IMG/VR virus record: IMGVR_UViG_3300030060_005193
Location: 1-56,791 of that record
Strand: one strand, 5' to 3'
From: a virus
Taxonomy: Duplodnaviria > Caudoviricetes
Length of the DNA: 56,791 nucleotides
The notes under the pieces are model-generated. The model worked only from the letters and a program-made list of their open reading frames with translations. It was not told the origin of the DNA and did no database searches. Position 1 is the stretch's first letter. Each line of letters starts with the position of its first letter. The translations under genes were made by a program, and so were the position numbers. Positions 35,160 to 44,408 of the stretch are shown in pieces.

Positions 35160-35638
35160 CAACAGAAGAAAATAATGAAATGACACATTCCAGAAATTCC
35201 CGTGAATCCGAGCAGCACGCTAAAAATACTCGTAGACAACCATGGCGACCAGTAAGAAAACTTGAAACTCCTCCGCCACCAGAAGGGTACGAATATCGTT
35301 GGATAAGAGAATCCATGCTAGGGCAAGAGGACAAAGCAAATGTAAGTAGAAGAATTAGAGAAGGATGGGAACTCGTAAGGGGAACAGACTTACCTAGTGA
35401 ATATGCTTATCCTACTGCTGATGAAGGTGCACATGCTGGTCTTGTTTATAGTGAAGGACTTTTATTAGCAAAAATACCTATTGAAACAAAGGAACAACGT
35501 AACGAATATTACGAGGACCAAACCCGTCTTAAAAAAGAGGCTTTAGATAACAATATGTTTTCTGATGCTAAAAAAGATGGTAGATATGTTAAGTATGATG
35601 CTGATAGAAGGTCTAATGTTACTTTTGGGAAAAAGTAA
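35156..35638 (+). CDS. Head-module protein
   Basis: PPEGYEYRWIR, REGWELV. Confidence 0.65.
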   Translation: MTTEENNEMTHSRNSRESEQHAKNTRRQPWRPVRKLETPPPPEGYEYRWIRESMLGQEDKANVSRRIREGWELVRGTDLPSEYAYPTADEGAHAGLVYSEGLLLAKIPIETKEQRNEYYEDQTRLKKEALDNNMFSDAKKDGRYVKYDADRRSNVTFGKK

Positions 35639-35661
35639 TAATCATATAGGAGAATATAAAA

Positions 35662-36249
35662 ATGGCTAATAAAGATAGCGCATTTGGATGTAAACCTGTT
35701 CGTATGATGGGCGGAGCACCTTATTCTGGCGGTCAAAGCCGATATAGGATTGCTAGTGGAGCTACAACACCTATCTTCCAAGGCGACTTGGTAAATCAGC
35801 TTACAGCTGGGGTTATAGGTAGACACACCGCAACTGGAACCGTTCCGATTGTTGGAGTGTTTAATGGTGTTCAGTACACTGACCCAACCACAGGCGAACA
35901 AGTGTTTAAAAACTATTATCCTGGAAGCATCGCTGCTTCTGATATAATAGCAAGCGTCGTTGATGACCCTAATGTTGTTTTTGAAATACAAGGAGACGCA
36001 GCAATGCCTGTAGCCGACTTGTTTGGAAATTTTGACATTGTTGATGGTTCACCAGTTGGCGATACTTCATCTGGGATTTCTAACATGGAAATTGCAGTCA
36101 GCACTGGTAATACCACTGCTTCTCTGCCTTTGAAAGCGTTAGACATATCTCAGGACCCTGATAACGATGATGTTTCATCATCAAATACTAATGTCCTTTG
36201 TGTCATACAGAATCATATCTGTGGACAAAAAGGTGCTGGTTTAGCATAA
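35662..36249 (+). CDS. Putative capsid decoration/cement protein
   Basis: IFQGDLV, VGVFNG, DDPNVVFEIQ; directly before the major capsid gene. Confidence 0.6.
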   Translation: MANKDSAFGCKPVRMMGGAPYSGGQSRYRIASGATTPIFQGDLVNQLTAGVIGRHTATGTVPIVGVFNGVQYTDPTTGEQVFKNYYPGSIAASDIIASVVDDPNVVFEIQGDAAMPVADLFGNFDIVDGSPVGDTSSGISNMEIAVSTGNTTASLPLKALDISQDPDNDDVSSSNTNVLCVIQNHICGQKGAGLA

Positions 36250-36260
36250 GGAGATAAATA

Positions 36261-37178
36261 ATGGCAATTTCAAGAGCACAATTAGCGAAAGAGCTAGAGC
36301 CTGGTCTAAACGCACTTTTTGGGATGTCCTATGATGAATATAACGAGGAATATAAAGATATTTTCGTTATTGAAGATTCTAATAGAGCATTTGAAGAAGA
36401 GGTCTTGGTAACAGGGTTTGGTTCCGCACCACTTAAGTCCGAAGGACAAGGGGTTCAATTTGACAACGCATCTGAAAGTTACAGTGCACGTTATACACAC
36501 GATACAGTGGCGTTAGCGTTTGCTTTAACAGAAGAAAGTGTTGAAGATAACCTCTATGACTCACTCGGAAAAAGATATGTTAAAGCATTAGCAAAATCAA
36601 TGGCTAACACTAAGGAAGTCAAAGGTGCTGATGTTTTAAATAATGCTTTCTCATCTAGCTTCACAGGAGGCGATGGTGTATCACTTATTAACACTGCACA
36701 CCCACTTTCAGGTGGTGGTACAGCTGCGAACAGAGCTACTACTATGGCTGACTTAAATGAGGCTTCATTAGAAGACGCATTAATAGATATTTCAACCTTT
36801 ACAGATGATAGAGGTTTAACAATTTCTGTGCAGGCGGACAAACTTGTGGTTCCACCACAATTAGTGTTTGTAGCTGACAGAATTTTAAACTCTCAGCAAA
36901 GGTCTGGAACAGCTGATAATGACATTAACGCAATTAAAAACACAGGTGTATTACCTGGTGGTTATGCAGTTAATCATTATCTTTCTGACCCAGATGCTTT
37001 CTTCATCCTTACATCTGTTAATAGCTCAGGCGAAGGTCTAAAAATGTTCCAAAGGTCTCCAATGGAAACCTCTATGGAACCAGACTTTTCTACTGGCAAT
37101 ATCAGATATAAAGCAAGGGAAAGATATAGCTTCGGTTTCTCTGATTGGAGAGGAATCTACGGCTCACAAGGTGCATAG
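36261..37178 (+). CDS. Major capsid protein (Mu gpT-like, HK97 fold)
   Basis: LVVPPQL, NHYLSDPDAFF, YKARERYSFGFSDWRG; strong RBS and downstream terminator. Confidence 0.88.
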   Translation: MAISRAQLAKELEPGLNALFGMSYDEYNEEYKDIFVIEDSNRAFEEEVLVTGFGSAPLKSEGQGVQFDNASESYSARYTHDTVALAFALTEESVEDNLYDSLGKRYVKALAKSMANTKEVKGADVLNNAFSSSFTGGDGVSLINTAHPLSGGGTAANRATTMADLNEASLEDALIDISTFTDDRGLTISVQADKLVVPPQLVFVADRILNSQQRSGTADNDINAIKNTGVLPGGYAVNHYLSDPDAFFILTSVNSSGEGLKMFQRSPMETSMEPDFSTGNIRYKARERYSFGFSDWRGIYGSQGA

Positions 37179-37218
37179 TTAGAAGTTCGTAATACACTTT
37201 TTTACTCAGTATTACAAT

Positions 37219-37245
37219 AAAAGGGCCAGTTAGGCCCTTTTTTTT
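37219..37245 (+). terminator. Rho-independent terminator after the major capsid gene
   Basis: AAAAGGGCC-AGTTA-GGCCC followed by T8. Confidence 0.88.
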
Positions 37246-37269
37246 GTCCAAAAAAAGTTAAATTAATTG

Positions 37270-37346
37270 TTGTAAATAGTTGTAAATAGTTGCAAATAAG
37301 TGTAATATAAAGATATGGGAAATTTAATTGTTAATGAAAAAGGAGG
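37270..37346 (+). promoter_or_regulatory. Early-island promoter module B
   Basis: TTGTAA(37270), TTGTAA(37280), TTGCAA(37290), GTGTAA(37300); TTGTAA-N17-TAATAT; GGGAAATTTAATT...AGGAGG as in module A. Confidence 0.7.
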
Positions 37347-37350
37347 CAGT

Positions 37351-37662
37351 ATGAAATTAATAACTAAAAAAATTATGGATAAGCTTAAAGCAAATCCTAG
37401 AGGGCATGATAATAACAAACCATGGCTTAAGTTATTTAATCCAGTTGGTGCAGCAACTTGGTTAATATCAGAAATTGGAGACGATGGAGATACTTTATTT
37501 GGACTATGTGATTTAGGATTTGGTCATCCTGAGCTGGGTTCTGTAAGTTTGAGTGAAATAAAAAATGTTGATTTACCTTTTGGTATGAAGATTGAAAGAG
37601 ATACCAGTTGGGAACCAACTAAAACAGTGGTTGAATATGCAAATGAATGGAGGGCAATATGA
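37351..37662 (+). CDS. DUF2958-like protein
   Basis: KLFNPVGAATWLISE, FGLCDLGFGHPELGSVSLSE, IERD. Confidence 0.8.
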   Translation: MKLITKKIMDKLKANPRGHDNNKPWLKLFNPVGAATWLISEIGDDGDTLFGLCDLGFGHPELGSVSLSEIKNVDLPFGMKIERDTSWEPTKTVVEYANEWRAI

Positions 37663-37856
37663 CATTTGATAATAGAGAATATCTAAACAACGAACTTAAA
37701 AAAGCAAGAGCGGTATTAAGAGGTTTGGTGGCTGATACAGTAGCTAATGATGGTGATTTAAAGTCTGCTATGATTGTTAGACAGGAAGAAACTGTAATTA
37801 GATTTGCTGATGCTGTAAATAAAATTGATGAAGAAAGAAAATATGGGGGTGAGTAA
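37659..37856 (+). CDS. Hypothetical protein
   Basis: ATGA coupling, GGAGG RBS. Confidence 0.6.
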   Translation: MTFDNREYLNNELKKARAVLRGLVADTVANDGDLKSAMIVRQEETVIRFADAVNKIDEERKYGGE

Positions 37857-38240
37857 ATGGATTTAGAAAAAATGATAAATGAGGCATCTACAGCTGCACA
37901 AAAAGCGCACGACGAATGTGTGCCTTGTCCTGTTAATTTTCAAAGCTGTGATACTTTAGATGGCGGTTTTGATGAAAACAAACCTTTTAATACTGAGTTA
38001 GAGGGTAATTGTGGAGGTGCTTATATTAAAGTGCCAGGTCCAGGTAAAAACAAAATAAGTAGAGCGCTTAAAAAAGTAGGACTTATAGATGGCGATACAA
38101 GACTTGGATATAGAATAAAAATTAATTTAGATAGAAAAGGGAGCCAAAGCGCCGACAGAGCAGAGGCAGCTATGGATGCAGCTAGCAATGTTTTAGAAAT
38201 GCATGGCTTACCCAACTATGTGCATACTTATTTAACATGA
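37857..38240 (+). CDS. Hypothetical protein
   Basis: EGNCGGAYI...QSADRAEA. Confidence 0.65.
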   Translation: MDLEKMINEASTAAQKAHDECVPCPVNFQSCDTLDGGFDENKPFNTELEGNCGGAYIKVPGPGKNKISRALKKVGLIDGDTRLGYRIKINLDRKGSQSADRAEAAMDAASNVLEMHGLPNYVHTYLT

Positions 38241-38746
38241 AAACAATAACTAAAATATTTGTAGACATGGATGGTGTTCTCGCTGACTTTGTAAGAGGAG
38301 TGCAAGGGCCTAAATACTTAAATGGTCCCTTAGTCAACGAGAATACTTATGATGATAGAAAGGTTGAGCTATCTAATAAAGGTCTTTTTGCAGATTTACC
38401 ACCTATGGCAGATATGTATTCTTTAATTAAATATGTAAAAAACTTTGGAGTAGATTGGGAAATACTTACCGCATCTGGTGTACTTAACAGAACCAAAGTA
38501 GTGCAAGACAAAATCTATTGGATTAGAAAATATGTAGATAAAGATGTTTTTATTACAGCAACATTAAAAGGTAAGCATAAAGCTGTTTATGCTAGGCCTG
38601 ATTATGTGTTAATTGACGATAGAAAGGATAACATAGAGGCCTGGACCAATGCAGGCGGTATAGGAATATTGCATACCAGCGCAGCTGATACTATAAAACA
38701 ACTTAGAAATTACCAAGACACTTTGGTTGCACAAAATACAGCCTAG
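38237..38746 (+). CDS. HAD-family 5'(3')-nucleotidase-like protein
   Basis: FVDMDGVLADF, ILTAS, K, LIDD motifs. Confidence 0.85.
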   Translation: MKTITKIFVDMDGVLADFVRGVQGPKYLNGPLVNENTYDDRKVELSNKGLFADLPPMADMYSLIKYVKNFGVDWEILTASGVLNRTKVVQDKIYWIRKYVDKDVFITATLKGKHKAVYARPDYVLIDDRKDNIEAWTNAGGIGILHTSAADTIKQLRNYQDTLVAQNTA

Positions 38747-38755
38747 TAGTATTAT
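38727..38755 (+). promoter_or_regulatory. Sigma70-like promoter restarting the structural operon
   Basis: TTGCAC-N17-TATTAT; followed by a G-U hairpin (38776-38796) and AGGAGG. Confidence 0.6.
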
Positions 38756-38820
38756 TTAAGATGTTGAACTAATTGTTGCGGGCATGGTGCTCGTAATGGC
38801 TAAATTATAGGAGGCTGATT

Positions 38821-39531
38821 ATGACAACGCATTTTACTTCGGGTGTTACCAATGTTTCTGGAGACGGTACATTAGGTAAATTAAAATCTCCCGCACCACA
38901 TAAGTATCATTCATATTTTAACGATTTTGATACTTACCTAGCGTCCGATTGGACAATAACTACAACTGAGGATGGGACTGGTTCCGCAACAGAGGCATTA
39001 GCCGATGGTGATGGCGGACTTTTATTAGTAACAAACGCCGCTGGCGATAACGACCATGACTTTTTTCAACTTGTAAAAGAAGGTTTTAAATATGAATCTG
39101 GCAAACAATTAGGGTTTCACATTAGATTTAAAACTAATGATGCAACACAATCTGATATTGTTGCTGGTTTGCAGCTAACTGATACTTCACCGTTAGATGT
39201 AACAGATGGTATTTTCTTTTTAAAATCAGATGGAGCTGCAACAATAAGCTTTATCGTTGAAAAAGACAGCACACAATCTACATTGACTTTGCCTAATTCA
39301 TTGGCAGATGATACTTTTATGACTTTAGGTTTTATTTATGACCCTAAAGACCAAAAGTTTCATGTGTTTCAAAACAATGTATTAGCAGGCACAGTGGTTA
39401 GCACAAATGTTCCAGATAACGAAGAACTTACAGTTTCTTTTGGTATTCAAAATGGCGCTGCTGCTGCAAAAACCATGAGCGTTGATTACATTGGTGCTTA
39501 CAAAGAACGTACAGCTGTAACTGAGCTGTAA
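38821..39531 (+). CDS. Putative virion structural protein (beta-sandwich-like)
   Basis: MTTHF N-terminus, beta-rich composition, position after capsid genes. Confidence 0.55.
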   Translation: MTTHFTSGVTNVSGDGTLGKLKSPAPHKYHSYFNDFDTYLASDWTITTTEDGTGSATEALADGDGGLLLVTNAAGDNDHDFFQLVKEGFKYESGKQLGFHIRFKTNDATQSDIVAGLQLTDTSPLDVTDGIFFLKSDGAATISFIVEKDSTQSTLTLPNSLADDTFMTLGFIYDPKDQKFHVFQNNVLAGTVVSTNVPDNEELTVSFGIQNGAAAAKTMSVDYIGAYKERTAVTEL

Positions 39532-39541
39532 GGAGTAAATA

Positions 39542-39943
39542 ATGGCTGATGCAGTAACTTCACAAACCATACAAGATGGTGAAAAGACCGCAATCTTAAA
39601 ATTTACCAACGTGTCAGATGGCACTGGTGAGTCAGCTGTAAAAAAAGTAGATGTCTCTGCGCTAGCAACAAATAGCGCAGGACAAACTTGTACTTCTGTT
39701 GCTGTGTCAAGAATTTATTGGGCAACATTTGGTATGAGCGTTAAACTTGAGTTTGATGCAACTTCAAATGTGCTTTTGGTTCATTTACCAGCAGACAGCA
39801 CAGGCGATGAGTATTACGATTTATTTACAGGTATTCCAAACAACGCAGGCAGCGGTGTTACAGGTGATATTGACTTAACCACAGTTGGGCATAGTAGCGG
39901 AGACGCTTATACGATAATTTTAGTTTTAACTAAAAATTATTAA
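39542..39943 (+). CDS. Putative virion protein
   Basis: DGTGESAVKKVDVS, GVTGDI. Confidence 0.55.
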   Translation: MADAVTSQTIQDGEKTAILKFTNVSDGTGESAVKKVDVSALATNSAGQTCTSVAVSRIYWATFGMSVKLEFDATSNVLLVHLPADSTGDEYYDLFTGIPNNAGSGVTGDIDLTTVGHSSGDAYTIILVLTKNY

Positions 39944-39948
39944 TACTG

Positions 39949-40257
39949 ATGGCGGTAAAAAAGCCTAAAAGAAAAGCTAAAACAATAGCTAAGACAGTAG
40001 GCAAAGGCGGTAATTACCGCTCCACCAAAAGTGGAGCGGGCATGACCAAAAAAGGTGTTGCTGCTTATCGCAAAAAAAATCCAGGCTCAAAACTAAAAAC
40101 TGCTGTAACAGGTAAAGTAAAAAAAGGTAGCAAAGCTGCAAAAAGGCGTAAGTCTTATTGTGCAAGGTCGCTTGGACAATTAAAGAAAAGCTCTGCTAAA
40201 ACAAGAAACAATCCTAATTCAAGAATTAGGCAAGCAAGAAGAAGGTGGAAATGTTAA
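39949..40257 (+). CDS. Highly basic protein (DUF6321-like)
   Basis: NPGSKLKTAV, RRKSYCARS, ARRRWKC. Confidence 0.65.
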   Translation: MAVKKPKRKAKTIAKTVGKGGNYRSTKSGAGMTKKGVAAYRKKNPGSKLKTAVTGKVKKGSKAAKRRKSYCARSLGQLKKSSAKTRNNPNSRIRQARRRWKC

Positions 40258-40722
40258 ATGGCAAAAAAGAAATTAAATAAAGTTATTAAAGGATTGAAAA
40301 AAGCAAGCAAAACTCATGCAAGTCAAGCTAAAACGCTTGCATCAATCAAGATGAAAAAAGGTGGTGGTGCTAAATCAAAAACACCAGCTAACGTAGCAAA
40401 TCCATCTATCTATGCAAGAGCTAAATCTAAAGCAAAAGCAAAGTTTGACGTATATCCGTCGGCTTATGCAAATGCCTACATGGTTTCTGAATACAAAAAA
40501 ATGGGTGGTAAATACAAAGGTGCTAAGAAAAAAGCAGCTGGTGGTGAAATGAGTTTGAAACCTATCCCATCTGCAAACAAAGGTTTACCCAAACTACCAA
40601 AAAAAGTAAGAAACAAAATGGGTTTCATGCAAGCTGGTGGTGCTGTTAAAATGGTTCAAGGCAGAGGTTGTGGAGCTATGATGCAAAGTAAACGTAAAAA
40701 AACTAGAGTGCCTAGCAGTTAA
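40258..40722 (+). CDS. Highly basic protein
   Basis: KFDVYPSAYAN, YKKMGG, GRGCGA. Confidence 0.65.
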   Translation: MAKKKLNKVIKGLKKASKTHASQAKTLASIKMKKGGGAKSKTPANVANPSIYARAKSKAKAKFDVYPSAYANAYMVSEYKKMGGKYKGAKKKAAGGEMSLKPIPSANKGLPKLPKKVRNKMGFMQAGGAVKMVQGRGCGAMMQSKRKKTRVPSS

Positions 40723-40724
40723 AA

Positions 40725-41024
40725 ATGAGTTTGACCAAATGGTTTAAAGAAGATTGGGTTGATATTGGCTCGCCAAAAAAAGGTGGCGGCTTTAATAAAT
40801 GTGGCAGGTCAAAACAAAAAAAAGACGCTAAAAGAAAATACCCAAAGTGTGTGCCAGCTGCCAAAGCTGCACGCATGACTAAATCAGAAAAAAAATCAGC
40901 AGTAAGTCGTAAACGAGCTAAAAAACAAGGCGTTGGTGGCAAGCCTACTAACGTTAAAACATTTGCAAAAAAAGGTGGTATGATAACTAAAAATTCAAAC
41001 ATGGGATTGTTTGGAAGGAGATAA
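40725..41024 (+). CDS. Highly basic protein (DUF5872-like)
   Basis: LTKWFKEDWVD, CGR, YPKCVP. Confidence 0.65.
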   Translation: MSLTKWFKEDWVDIGSPKKGGGFNKCGRSKQKKDAKRKYPKCVPAAKAARMTKSEKKSAVSRKRAKKQGVGGKPTNVKTFAKKGGMITKNSNMGLFGRR

Positions 41025-41025
41025 T

Positions 41026-41331
41026 ATGAAAGGAACTAAATATATGGCGAATGGTGGTGCTATGAAAGGCACTAAGTATATGTCTAAAGGCGGTGCAGCA
41101 AAATCAGAAATGAAAGCTAATCCAGGCATGGGTAAAATGCCTAAATCAGTTGTTAAGGCGCTTGAAAGAACAGGTAAAGTTGCTTTGACGTTTGCAGGCG
41201 GGCCTATAGGTATGGCAGCAAAAGGCGTGCTTATGAGAGACAAACTTAAACCAAAAGGACCAGTAAGCGGTAGAGCTGGCGGTGGTGGTATGAAAGGCAC
41301 CAAGTACAAAGCAAAAGGTGGAAAAAGGTAA
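41026..41331 (+). CDS. Basic Gly/Met/Lys-rich protein with MKGTKY repeats
   Basis: MKGTKY three times, each followed by an xxxGG motif; AGGAG RBS. Confidence 0.65.
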   Translation: MKGTKYMANGGAMKGTKYMSKGGAAKSEMKANPGMGKMPKSVVKALERTGKVALTFAGGPIGMAAKGVLMRDKLKPKGPVSGRAGGGGMKGTKYKAKGGKR

Positions 41332-41349
41332 AATTTTTTATTAAATAAA

Positions 41350-42039
41350 GTGGCGTATTTAATATCAAATATCCCGCAGTTTAAATGCTGGGTAAGAAAA
41401 GAGTTTACAACTAATCATCAACACGGACACGGTGAATATCTGCATGCTTTAGCATTTGCAGTAAATACAATTCCAGATAGGTCTCTTTCCTTTCAAGTGG
41501 TCTTTACAGGCTGCGAGACCGACTTTGAAAATTATCCAGATAAAAACGTGCATGGTGGCGCTATGTGGGCCCGTATGCCCATACAGGCTTTAATAGCAGA
41601 TGTTCCTTTACAAGAGTGGCCAAACCCAATGCAAGACCATTTAGCACAACCTTGGGATTGTCTAAGTCATCATCATAGTGTGGTTACTTTAGATAGGGTC
41701 AGTTCAAGTCCTTGGTATTGTAAAATTGATGGTGAGTTTTATTTAGGTAAATATATGTTTACTGTAGATTATACCGAACATTCAATAGCTGACGACTCAG
41801 CTCAACACAAACAATCACACGTGCTATACTTAACTGACGCTGGTGACTATACTGGTAATTTTGTTGCTTTGCCAAATAACAGAGTAAGAGCAACAAATCC
41901 AGCTTTATGGAGAACAGGTGAAGGTGCTCCAGATTTTGCGCCATCACAATGGGTACATTCAGCCGAGGCACATGAAAGCTACACAGACCCAGTGATTACA
42001 TTTGACAATTTGTATGCCTCAGACGAAGATAGAGAGTAA
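41350..42039 (+). CDS. Hypothetical protein
   Basis: GTG start; GGAMWARMPI, QPWDC, HKQSH, PNNR. Confidence 0.7.
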   Translation: MAYLISNIPQFKCWVRKEFTTNHQHGHGEYLHALAFAVNTIPDRSLSFQVVFTGCETDFENYPDKNVHGGAMWARMPIQALIADVPLQEWPNPMQDHLAQPWDCLSHHHSVVTLDRVSSSPWYCKIDGEFYLGKYMFTVDYTEHSIADDSAQHKQSHVLYLTDAGDYTGNFVALPNNRVRATNPALWRTGEGAPDFAPSQWVHSAEAHESYTDPVITFDNLYASDEDRE

Positions 42040-42041
42040 TT

Positions 42042-42737
42042 ATGGCATTATCTGGAAGCAAAGACTTTGAATTAGACGTAGCAGACTACGTTGAAGAAGC
42101 GTTTGAGCGTTGTGGTTTAGAGCTTCGCACTGGTTACGATTTAAAAAGTGCTACAAGAAGCCTTAATTTAATGCTTGCAGAGTGGGCCAACAGAGGTTTA
42201 AACCAATGGACAGTCAAAGAAAAAACTGTTGCTATGGTTAAAGATACAGGCACATATAACATTGATAGCACCAATGCCACAGCACCAATAGATGTGCTTG
42301 ATGTCTATATTAGAGAAACAGAAGGCACTGAAACTACTGACTTACCTATGACAAGGTTAAGCAGAGCTGAATATTCACACATAACAACCAAATCAAGTAC
42401 AGGTAAGCCAAATCAGTTTCTTATTGATAAACAATCTACTCCAACTATTACTGTTTGGCCAGTGCCAGATAAGTCAAGCACTTACACTGTTTATATGAAT
42501 GTTTTAACAAGAATGGATGATGCCGATGCTGGCGCAAATACTTTGGATATGCCTTTTAGGTTCTATCCTTGTTTGGCAGCAGGATTAGCTTACTACATGT
42601 CTTTAAAAAGAGCTCCAGACAGAACACAAATGTTGAAAGCTTTGTACGAGGAAGAGTTCCAAAGAGCCTTGTCTACAGATGAAGACCGAGCCTCTTTTAA
42701 AATATCACCTAATTTAAGGAGTTACAACAACGCATAA
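42042..42737 (+). CDS. Putative head-tail adaptor/neck protein
   Basis: EEAFERCG, RSLNLMLAEWANRGLN, YEEEFQRA; position. Confidence 0.65.
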   Translation: MALSGSKDFELDVADYVEEAFERCGLELRTGYDLKSATRSLNLMLAEWANRGLNQWTVKEKTVAMVKDTGTYNIDSTNATAPIDVLDVYIRETEGTETTDLPMTRLSRAEYSHITTKSSTGKPNQFLIDKQSTPTITVWPVPDKSSTYTVYMNVLTRMDDADAGANTLDMPFRFYPCLAAGLAYYMSLKRAPDRTQMLKALYEEEFQRALSTDEDRASFKISPNLRSYNNA

Positions 42738-43048
42738 TGTCTTTTGCATCAGGTAAACATTCATACGGAATCTGTGATATATCTGGTTTTAGATATAAGT
42801 TACATGATATGCGTAAAACATGGGATGGTTTATTGGTTGGACCAGACATGTGGGATGCAAAACATCCACAATTAGAGCCAAAACCAGCTCCAGAAGACCC
42901 ACAAGCTGTTAAAAATGCAAGACCAGATAAAGCAGACGATAATAGAAAATTTTTAGTCTATACGAATGTTGGTGATGGTAAGTTAGGTAGTGTATTATCT
43001 ACATTTGAGGTTTCATCAGGTGTTGGTGAGGTAACGGTGACAACATGA
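42737..43048 (+). CDS. Hypothetical neck-module protein
   Basis: CDISGFRY, KHPQL. Confidence 0.6.
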   Translation: MSFASGKHSYGICDISGFRYKLHDMRKTWDGLLVGPDMWDAKHPQLEPKPAPEDPQAVKNARPDKADDNRKFLVYTNVGDGKLGSVLSTFEVSSGVGEVTVTT

Positions 43049-43689
43049 GTTTTACATACAGTACATTAAAAACAGCCATACAAGATTACTTACAGGTTTC
43101 TGAATCTACATTTACAACACAACTTCCAACATTTATAACAGAAGCAGAAGACCGTATATTTTCTTTTGTGCAGTTGCCAGAACAACGTAAAAATGTTCAA
43201 GGAACTGTAACAACAGGTAATAGATTTTTAGCAACACCTACAGATTTTTATGCACCTATGAGTTTGGCTGTCATAAGCTCAAGCACATACGACTATTTAG
43301 ATTTCAAACATCCATCATTCATAAAGGAATATTCATCTGGAACTACACGTTCTAAACCGAAATATTACTCTTTGTTTGATGATGCGGCATTTGAAGTATC
43401 GCCTATACCTGATTCGGATTATACGGTTGAGCTTCATTATTTACATAAACCAGTCTCTTTGACTGCTGGTAGCGACTCTGGCACAACATTTTTGTCAACT
43501 GATTATTCAGATGCTTTGTTGTATGGCTCTTTAATAGAAGGAGCAATATTTTTAAAAGAACCGCCTGACGTTATCGCTCAACTAGAGGGACGTTTTAAGG
43601 AGGCGGTAGCCAGAATGAAAAACACATCAGAAGGTCGTGGAACACGCGACGAATACAGGTATGATTCAGTCCGCTCTAGCGTGAGCTGA
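43045..43689 (+). CDS. Putative head-tail adaptor protein
   Basis: YSTLKTAIQDY, PIPD..YTVELHY, DALLYGSL. Confidence 0.65.
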   Translation: MSFTYSTLKTAIQDYLQVSESTFTTQLPTFITEAEDRIFSFVQLPEQRKNVQGTVTTGNRFLATPTDFYAPMSLAVISSSTYDYLDFKHPSFIKEYSSGTTRSKPKYYSLFDDAAFEVSPIPDSDYTVELHYLHKPVSLTAGSDSGTTFLSTDYSDALLYGSLIEGAIFLKEPPDVIAQLEGRFKEAVARMKNTSEGRGTRDEYRYDSVRSSVS

Positions 43690-44408
43690 TGGACAGAATA
43701 GAAAATTTAGAAGGCAAAAAAATTGCCCTAGTGGGACTTGGTATATCACAAGTTGATTTTGCAATAGGGTTACAAAACGGCAGAGAGTGGGATGAGGTTT
43801 GGTGTATAAACTCAACTGCCTCTACTTATCCATGCGACCGTATTTTTATGTTAGACCCTGCAAGTAGGTTTTTTGATACTGACGATGCAGGTAAACAAAC
43901 ATCGGTTATGTGTCGTGTTTTAGAACAAACAGAAACACCTGTTTATACCTGTGAGTTAGACCATAGAATTAAAAATCCTGTTATGTACCCAATAGAAGAG
44001 GTTTGTAACGCAACAAAATGTGCTTATCTTAACAATACTGTTGCTTACGCTATAGCTTTTGCTTTGTGGAACAAGGTTGGTAGACTAGATTTATTCGGCA
44101 TAGATTTTTCATACAAAGAAAATATGCACTTTGCAGAGGCAGGTAGAGCCTGTGTTGAGTTTTGGATAAGCAAATGTATGAGTGAAGATATATTAATTGG
44201 TATAAGCGGCAGGTCAACAGTTTTAGATTCTAATGTGCCAGCTACAGAAAAACTTTATGGTTTTCACAGATTGAACAAACCATTAGTAGCAGTTCCACAT
44301 GAGGGTAAGTTTATTATTGGACCTTATCAAGATATAAACAAACAATTAGAACAGCATGGTTTAAAAATAGATGAGGATGTAGTTCCGCCAGAACCATACA
44401 AAGGATGA
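43689..44408 (+). CDS. Rossmann-like glycosyltransferase/MptE-like protein
   Basis: IALVGLG, WCIN, NTVAYAIAFA, LFGIDFSY. Confidence 0.5.
   Translation: MDRIENLEGKKIALVGLGISQVDFAIGLQNGREWDEVWCINSTASTYPCDRIFMLDPASRFFDTDDAGKQTSVMCRVLEQTETPVYTCELDHRIKNPVMYPIEEVCNATKCAYLNNTVAYAIAFALWNKVGRLDLFGIDFSYKENMHFAEAGRACVEFWISKCMSEDILIGISGRSTVLDSNVPATEKLYGFHRLNKPLVAVPHEGKFIIGPYQDINKQLEQHGLKIDEDVVPPEPYKG

Noticed and set aside
37189-37215. GTAATAC/GTATTAC inverted repeat before the capsid terminator as a separate ncRNA
   Set aside because: Short AT-rich 7-bp stem; probably part of the 3' UTR and not supportable alone
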